Assembly (NCBI RefSeq): GCF_006345805.1
Contig: NW_021832647.1
Span: 1-30,386 of the forward strand
DNA: 30,386 nt
Source of the DNA: Octopus sinensis
Taxonomy: Eukaryota
Direction: 5' to 3'
Within the stretch, counting starts at the first letter, position 1. Each line of letters begins with the position of its first letter. This document shows, piece by piece, positions 22,996 to 30,386 of this stretch. Both the position numbers and the translations under genes were made by a program. Under the pieces are notes generated by a model. That model did not search any database, was not told the DNA's origin, and saw only the letters and a program-made list of their open reading frames with translations.

Positions 22996-23371
22996 GCACT
23001 CCGTCGGTTGCGACTACGAGGGTTCCAATTGATCCGATCAACGGAACAGCCTGCTCGTGAAATTAACGTGCAAGTGGCTGATCACTCCACAGACACGTGT
23101 GCCCTTAACGTAATTCTCGGGAAGATTCAGCGTGACACAGGGTCCGACAAAGCTGGCCCTTTGAAATACAGGTACAACAGAAACAGGAAGAAAGAGTGGG
23201 AGAAAGTTGTAGTGGAAGAATACAGCAGGGTTTGCCACCACACCCGGCTATATAGCTACGTTGGACTTTAGGTGCTTTCGCTCAATAAACACTCACAACC
23301 CCCGGTCTGAGAATCGAAACCGCGACTCTATGACCGTGAGTCCACAGATCTAACCACTGGGCCATTGCGCC
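22996..23371 (-). mobile_element. tRNA-derived SINE family B2 (shares its 3' 183 bp with B1)
   Basis: Minus-strand A box TGGCCCAGTGG and B box GGTTTCGATTC. 22996-23178 aligns without gaps to 15352-15534; the rest is unrelated to B1. Confidence 0.88.
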
Positions 23372-24188
23372 TACACACACACACACACGCACACACAACA
23401 CATACACACATGTATTCATATTTCCATTTATATTTATGTGTGTGAGTGTTTGTATATACATGCATGTGTGTGTAAATGGAATAACTTATACACTCAGGCA
23501 AACACATACACATATAAATGCGTAAATATGTGCGTGGGTGTAAATGCATATGCGGGGGTGGACGTGTGTGTGTGTGCAGAACCCTTCATATTCCCACGAC
23601 ACCACTTTGTGTTATTCTCTTCCTACTAAACCTAGACAATTGCGGAGGGAAACAATGGCCGTGCTTATCTTTCTTACGCTTTTTTTATCGTTAGTTCTGC
23701 TCTATTTGTTCATTTGTCTCCAATCTCACTGTCACTTCTTCAGTGACTTATTTTCTCACACATTAATTTCAAACTTTCAATCGTTTCATTGAATTGGTGA
23801 CTGTATATACACGACACGATCGTATACAAGATAATTTTAAAAAAGTTTATTTAGTTAGTAAAATAAATAGAATAATACAAAATTTAGTTATATATTACAG
23901 TAAAATATACCTATAGCAACAAATTCACAGTAAGGTTTGCTTGAGTTATTGCCTAAGTTATTACCAAGTCTTCCTTCAATTATGTTGGTACTTCTGGCTC
24001 TCATTTTTTAAGTATTCTAGTGTGTCAATATTTTAACAAAATGGTGGTATCTTTTTTTAATTATAATGTTACTTTGTAAATTAAAATCAACCAGACGGGA
24101 TACAGACACAGAAGGCCCCTAATTCTTCATCAGTTATCAACCAAAATGGTAATACTCAGTTTTGCACCATTAATGAGAACTTCCAATC

Positions 24189-24632
24189 TGTGGTAAATCA
24201 TTCTCTCGTAAAATTCATTTGGTTACTCACATTCGCCTTCATACTGGTGAGAAACCTTATCATTGTGAGATCTGTGGCGAGTCATTTTCTCAAAGGCATC
24301 AGTTGAATAGACACACGCATACACATGCAGTAGAGAAGCCATAATCCTGCATTAGTTGTTGTAATTCATTTTTTGGAAATGGTGTTGTAACTACACACGA
24401 AAATGTTCATACCAGACACAACCTATGTAATGGTCTTGTCTGTGTTAAAGCATTCTCTCATAGACCTAACTTAACTGTCCATGAACGAATCCCTACATGA
24501 GAGTAGCCATGTCAGTGTGACATGTGTGGCAAATGATTGTCTCGAAAAAGCCACATGCATAAACATGTGGGTATTCACAGAGACGTGTTACTGTCTCAAT
24601 GTCAAAATTTATTAAGTCATAACGATAATTAA
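24189..24632 (+). pseudogene. Kruppel-type C2H2 zinc-finger array pseudogene (about 5 fingers)
   Basis: One frame reads [54 protein letters not shown]...H...H...C..C.KAFS...L..H.RIPT*E*PCQCDMCGK*LSRKSHMHKHVGIH. In-frame stops at 24342, 24498, 24504 and 24534; no frameshift. Confidence 0.88.
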
Positions 24633-25041
24633 CACTAATTGGTCTGCTAAAACACAGGCTTTTTCCTTTCATCAGTTATAGGAATTTCGTAATAAAGAAT
24701 AATGAATAAAATATCTATTTTGTGCTTGTTGCCAGCGAAAGTTGCGGAAAATATAGGGCCGTGAGCAAACAAAACATAGATAACAAGCAATACAGAGTGA
24801 ACATATGAAAGTGAATAAATGTAATTTAAGACCATGGACAAATACGAAATAAAGACGAAACGAGCAAAATATAGTCTCAGGGTCAAAAAGACAAGAAAGG
24901 TGGGTAACGCTTAGAAGACATCCTAAAGGATTAGAAAACAATAAATGGCAAGACATGTGCCAGTGGGACACAGGCAATTTGAGACCGGTCAGCAACGTGA
25001 CCGGTGTGAAGAAGTAGTTAGCGACGGGATGGCCAGGGATA

Positions 25042-25453
25042 TACTCTCTTTTTACTCTTTTACTTGTTTCAGTCATATGACTGCGGTCATGCTGGAGCAC
25101 CGCCTTTAATCGAGCAACTCGACCCCGGGACTTATTCTTTTGTAAGCCCAGTGCTTTATTCTATAGGTCTTTTTTGCCGAACCGCTACGTAACGGGGACA
25201 TAAACACACCAGCATCGGTTGTCAAGCAATGCTAGGGAGACAAACACAGACACACAAACACACACACGCATATATATATATACATATATACGACAGGCTT
25301 CTTTCAGTTTCCGTCTACCAAATCACTCACAAGGCTTTGGTCGGCCCGAGGCTATAGTAGAAGACACTTGCCCAAACTGCCACGCAGTGGGACTGAACCC
25401 GAAACCATGTGGTTGGTAAACAAGCTACATACCACACAACCACTCCTGCTCCT
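25042..25453 (-). mobile_element. SINE family A, full length
   Basis: Reverse complement of the 11487 copy, including the (AAAAGAGT)n tail and head. Confidence 0.92.
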
Positions 25454-26039
25454 ATAGAAGTAAACTCAACAAAAAATGTACTTCGTTCAGGGAGAGATAA
25501 ATATCAATTTAAACACACAACTGAAAGATTGCTTTAAGATACATGGCGTACTTTATAAATATGCCTGTTCAAGCATCATAAAAGCATGAAACTATTTCGG
25601 TTGTGTATTTAATTTGATATAAATACAAACACTCACATACACAGGTATGTATAGATATGAGTGTGTGTTACAGAAACACATACATACGTACCAGGCACAC
25701 ACACACACACACACACAACACACACACACACATACTTGCTTTGGTATATGCATGTGTGTGTGTGTATGTGTCTACGCCTATATCTATGCATTTGTATATA
25801 CTACACGTCTATATGTGTGCCTATCCACACACTCGCACATTCTCACACACACACACACACACACACACACTTAATATGTATGTATGTATGTATGTATGTA
25901 TGGACATCTTTCCTTTTTCGGCTTGAAAAATATTTCAAATTTCTTTTCTCATTTTTATTCGTTTGTAAATTACTTCATAAATATTTCCTTTCTCTACTCA
26001 ATATAAGTCATCGATATGTATATATGGATGCATGGATTT

Positions 26040-26195
<156 letters not shown>

Positions 26196-26456
26196 GACCT
26201 ACTGTAATATTTGATGTCTGGGAAGCCTGTGTTTTATGTGTTATTAAAATGGCTGATGTGTTAAACAAATTGTCTGCTAAACTTGTATGAAAAAATATTT
26301 TCATATCCTCTCATATATATTTTCATTTTAATTATTTTCTGTTATAAAGTTACAATGGCGCCTTCCGTGACGGGAGCCAATGCTAAACGGTTGGAGAGAC
26401 TTATTGTGTGTATGTGTGTGTGCGTGTCTGTCTGTGTGTATGTGTGTGTGTGTGTG

Positions 26457-26495
<39 letters not shown>

Positions 26496-26651
26496 TGTGC
26501 TTGATTGAGTAGTTAATAGTTCATTGTGTGGACTCAGGGTTTGTGAACACAGGGAGAGATGAAGAACTAAAGGATGAACTGCGAGTTGAGATCGATGGCG
26601 GGATAAAGGGGTGTAATACTGATAAAATAGATGATTAAGGAAACACCTAGC

Positions 26652-26744
<93 letters not shown>
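26652..26744. repeat. (GATA)n microsatellite
   Basis: Pure run ending exactly where the LINE fragment begins. Confidence 0.95.
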
Positions 26745-26746
<2 letters not shown>

Positions 26747-27750
26747 GATCACCAATACAGCCCCAAAACAGCTGGACTCTCTTATCCCAGAGAAGACCTG
26801 GATGGAAAGCACTCAGCATGCAAAACAAAAGTCCATGCATAGGTATGTTGCTCGGAAGCTTGAAGAAGACTGTAGAATTGACACGAAGCGCAGACTCTCT
26901 TGGACACAAGACCACTACATCATATTACACTTTAAAGGCTATGCGTTTGCAATCTAGGAACAGGAGATTGCCACAAAGTACCTGGTGAACAAGAGAGACA
27001 GTGACGCTCTTGTAATCCCAAGGTGCAACTGCATGTGTAGGCCATGTCATGTTTCTGTGGAAGGCATTACGCATGTGATTTGCAGCAGTCCAAAAATGTC
27101 GTCAAGGTACTACCTCCCTATGCGGCACGATGTTGCCAAAACAATTTACAATGCCATCCACAAAAAAGACTGTCCTGAAATAAACTTAGAAAACCACTCT
27201 GTTATGGAATACATTCATAAACACCAAATCAAGGAATACTGGTGAAATATTCCCATCAAAACTTCTCTCAAATGTAAACATAAAAGGCCGGATGTTGTCG
27301 TTTGGGACGGAGGGGCAAAGGTATGTACCATCATAGAATTCTGCTGCCCTGCAGATATAAAATACCTCTTTGAAAATCAAAGAAGAAGAGGATATCTATG
27401 GACAACTGCTTCGAAACCTTCATCTTCTATATCCAGACTATGAATTCATATTCGTACCAATAATAATTGGAGCATTAGGTTTTGTTAGTAAATGCTTAAA
27501 GGAGAATCTGGATAAACTGGGATTTTCAGAAAGAGAAATCGGCCGGCTAATTCGTACATTACAAGTCCAGTCTGTGAGTGGAACAGTAAAAATACGCAAG
27601 ACTTTTCTCAAGTTCCAAATGTGAATTTGTGTGTGTTAACTACATCCCAAAGATGAAGCGATATATCTTTGTTGGAAACCCGCTTCCAACTCAATGGAAG
27701 ATTTATAATAATTAAATGATAGAAAACACATGCATACATAGATGTTAGGT
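26745..27750 (+). mobile_element. 5'-truncated non-LTR retrotransposon with a restriction-like endonuclease (R4/Dong- or NeSL-like)
   Basis: EQEIATKYL, CRPCHVSVEGITHVICSSP (decayed CCHC knuckle), RHD, KRPDVVVWD..KVCTIIEFCCPAD (PD..E motif), FVPIIIGALG. Stop at 27624. Two internal stops and one frameshift; the 3' UTR runs into (TA)n. Confidence 0.85.
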
Positions 27751-27753
27751 ATA

Positions 27754-27801
<48 letters not shown>

Positions 27802-27984
27802 ATATATATAGTATATAGGGTGTAAGAAATAAATTGATCTTCGTGAATGGCCGTACCCAAAATATCAATTCACGTCATCCCACAACACACGAACCAATGA
27901 AATTTGCTGATTCTTGATTTACCGACCCAGTTTAGAAATTTACCTTAGAAATTTATCAAGTTTTGATGTCACCTTCCTTCTCTT

Positions 27985-28115
27985 CTTTCTCTCTCTCTCT
28001 CTCTCTCTCTCCCTCTCTCCTCCTCTCTCTCCCTCTCTCTCTCTCTCTCTCCTCATCTCTCTCTCTCTCTCTCTCATCCTCCCTCTCTCTCCTAATCTCT
28101 CGCTCTCTCTCTCTC

Positions 28116-28147
<32 letters not shown>
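27985..28147. repeat. Interrupted (CT)n microsatellite
   Basis: Visible directly. Confidence 0.9.
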
Positions 28148-28152
<5 letters not shown>

Positions 28153-28206
28153 AAGGATGGAAATTTACAAGATTTATTAATGTATCACGACATATGTTTC
28201 TGTTTC

Positions 28207-28924
28207 CTACATGTTTATTGGAGAGAACCATTTCATATTGTTAGGTACCAGGATAGAATTGTGAACTGATGTATTGTCCTGGTACGTGTAGAAGTGATCT
28301 GGCCTTTTGCGAAGAAATCTCTTCCTGAATTCCCTCAAAACCTTCACAAAGTACTCTTTGTTGAAGGGAACCCAGTAGACGATACTCTTGCTCTCGAAAA
28401 AGGAGCTCATCATGTGCTTTCCGGTGAACTTGCTTTGCGTGGCCTTCTCGGGTCTACGGGAGTTAGGATGCTTCCATTGTGTCCTCCGTCTTTTGGCCAC
28501 TGATCCGCAGTAGATCCAGCTTTCGTCACAAATTACCAGAGTCTCAAGTACTCTTGGAGTAGAGATAATGAGCTCACCATCTCCCCGTCACCAAACGACA
28601 CGTTTTTTTTCTTCTGCTCGTCAGTGAGCACCCTCGGAGCAAATGCCACACGAACTCCAAACAGTATTCTTATTGTATTTTAAACATATTCATCCCAGAA
28701 AACGCGAATTTTCTCAACTGGCTCTGATGTTCTGAAGTCCCTTACTTTCTCACACTTCTCGTTACCTCATCTCGCTCTCTGCGTCCTTCAACTTCATGCG
28801 CAAGTGAAGAACAGTTGCTTAGCCCATACAGGTTAATAATCCATATGTCTGGATAATTTCATAAGGTTCTGCTGCATAATTGTCCAGTTTAGCACAAAAC
28901 CTTATTACGTAGCGAGTTTTCCAT
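28207..28924 (-). mobile_element. Old mariner transposase remnant, a different family from the 6592 element
   Basis: Minus strand, with frameshifts: TRYVIRFCAKL..YAAEPYEIIQT, FAPRVLTDEQKK (WVPR-like), VICDESWIY, QWKHPNSRRPEK, NKEYFVKVLREFRKRFLRKRP, YQDNTSVHNSILV. Truncated before YSPDL. Confidence 0.8.
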
Positions 28925-29136
28925 ACGGTCTTCTCCATACTGCATTCCGAAAAACTAATCAGTTGTGACAAGCAGTGTTTAGGAGGGTGAGTTCAAAGTA
29001 CTGTCAGAGCTGTGTTCTTCAATGTGGAATTTTTAAAAAAAATAGTTTATAGGTCAGCTTATGAGATTTAAGTAATGCTGTACAGAAATTACCATAATCA
29101 AGTCACAAAACTTCTGGAATGCTCATCATCATCTCA

Positions 29137-29186
<50 letters not shown>

Positions 29187-29431
29187 TATATATGAGAAAA
29201 AGAAAATGGAGATTGCAAAGTTAATAACTGCTTATTATTAACAGCAAATTAGCCATCATCCCTCACAGCTTCTTCAATCAATATTCAGAAAATATTTATT
29301 AAATATTAAATTTATTGACCTGAGTATATATATTCAGAGGGAAAAATATATACCCTTGTATGTTTTATATGTATTATAGATTCATTATAGCCGACTGAAC
29401 AAGCTTAAAATTATATGTATATATATATAAA

Positions 29432-29486
<55 letters not shown>

Positions 29487-29495
<9 letters not shown>

Positions 29496-29940
29496 ATTGG
29501 TGAATGAAGAAATGGAGCTGAACGCAGATTGAACAGAAATCGTTTTATTTCATTCTACACGTGTTTCGAAAGGCACAAATTACCAAAATCCGATTGAATA
29601 ATGGGACCATATTGTGTCTTTCTCTTCAGGAAGAAAAAAGGAAATTTGAAGAGAAAGACACAATATGGTCCCATTATTCAATCGGATTTTGGTAATTTGT
29701 GCCTTTCGAAACACGGTTAGAATGAAATAAAACGATTTCTGTTCAATCTGCGTTCAGCTCCATTTCTTCAATTCACCAATAATGTTTTAATTTCAATTAT
29801 CCGCACCAACGCACGGTTGCAACGCCAGATGGTTGTACCTCCAACCGTGCTGTTTACTGCTGTGATTTTTGCTACTAAGGTATCGGTTAAACTTTTGATT
29901 AATCTACTACAAGATTATTCATCTTTCTATTTCACATAAT
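29487..29940. mobile_element. Fold-back Penelope-like terminal-repeat fragment embedded in (TA)n
   Basis: Inverted arms 29487-29628 (142 bp) and 29647-29789 (143 bp) differ by one indel and a TG/GT swap, with an 18-nt spacer. Unique sequence continues to the next (TA)n at about 29940. Confidence 0.75.
29553..29632 (-). ncRNA. Type I hammerhead ribozyme with a canonical core
   Basis: Minus strand: TTC-CTGAAGA-GAAAG(A)CACAA...TTGTG(C)CTTTC-GAA-ACACGTGT-A-GAA. Intact CUGANGA and GAAA, G10.1-C11.1 pair, 10/11-bp stem II, palindromic stem III, GUA triplet. Stem I extends by 4 more pairs after one mismatch. Confidence 0.82.
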
Positions 29941-30021
29941 ATATATATATATATATATAATATAACACGTGACCCGTTGACGATTTCTTCTTCTCCTTCT
30001 TTGGACTTTTCCCTTTCTCCA

Positions 30022-30052
30022 TTCCGACGAAGAGCTATGCTCGAAAAGTTAA
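30022..30052 (+). ncRNA. Minimal type I hammerhead-like motif, stem III mutated
   Basis: TT-CCGACGA-A-GAGC TAT GCTC-GAA-AAGT-T-AA. Stem II is 4 bp, stem III is one change from the minimal palindrome ACGT, and stem I is only 2 bp. Confidence 0.5.
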
Positions 30053-30151
30053 GCTCTCTCCTTTCACCGAACGTCAAGCTTCTTGTGCACATTCTTTGTT
30101 GTTTTCCGTTTTTTAACCATTTATTTGAGCTGTTTGTTTATTTGAATTGAC

Positions 30152-30194
30152 TATACATACATACATACATACATACATACATACATACATACAT

Positions 30195-30240
<46 letters not shown>
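30152..30240. repeat. (TACA)n(CA)n microsatellite
   Basis: Visible directly. Confidence 0.95.
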
Positions 30241-30242
<2 letters not shown>

Positions 30243-30386
30243 CATGGAGGGTGTGTCTGCATGACTTTTGCCCGTTAAAAAAACTTCCTGGTTGCGTCGC
30301 ACATAAATTTAATTCACTTTCCACGAGTTTGGCACAGCTAGATAAATATTATATACAACAATTGTCGCGGGAAATAGACTGGTTTG

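Noticed and set aside
24342-24536. Idea that A-to-I editing rescues the zinc-finger stops
   Set aside because: Editing would give Trp at positions that need Tyr, Gly, Lys and Ser, and several zinc ligands are lost as well.
26520-26640. Short protein-like frame HCVDSGFVNTGRDEELKDELRVEIDGGIKG
   Set aside because: No recognisable motif or splice signals, and it could not be tied to the adjacent LINE.
28189-28200. Minus-strand GAAACATATGTC, with the same stem III as the 2065 motif
   Set aside because: No CUGANGA or stem I partner; the mariner remnant begins a few bases away. At most a half-site.

Overview
AT-rich, microsatellite-saturated eukaryotic non-coding DNA with no intact protein-coding gene. 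Most ORFs in the track are translations of microsatellites. The repeat families (tRNA-derived SINEs, mariner/maT/Tc1 remnants) and a Kruppel-type zinc-finger relic best fit an octopus/coleoid genome; this is inference from recall, not a search. Contents: four decayed Tc1/mariner-superfamily transposases (maT-like, two mariners, Tc1 DD34E), a hAT-like end, 3' fragments of three LINE types (RTE-like, Tx1/L1-like, restriction-like-endonuclease R4/NeSL-like), about 17 SINE copies or fragments of three families, a C2H2 zinc-finger pseudogene and a degenerate 144-bp tandem repeat. The most unusual signal is seven type I hammerhead-ribozyme-like motifs in unrelated flanking sequence. Each has, or is one change from, a self-complementary stem III, the dimer-type architecture known from Penelope-like elements. 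Two sit in near-perfect fold-back elements embedded in (TA)n, and one (29553-29632, minus strand) has a fully canonical catalytic core. All folds were made by eye and activity is untested.
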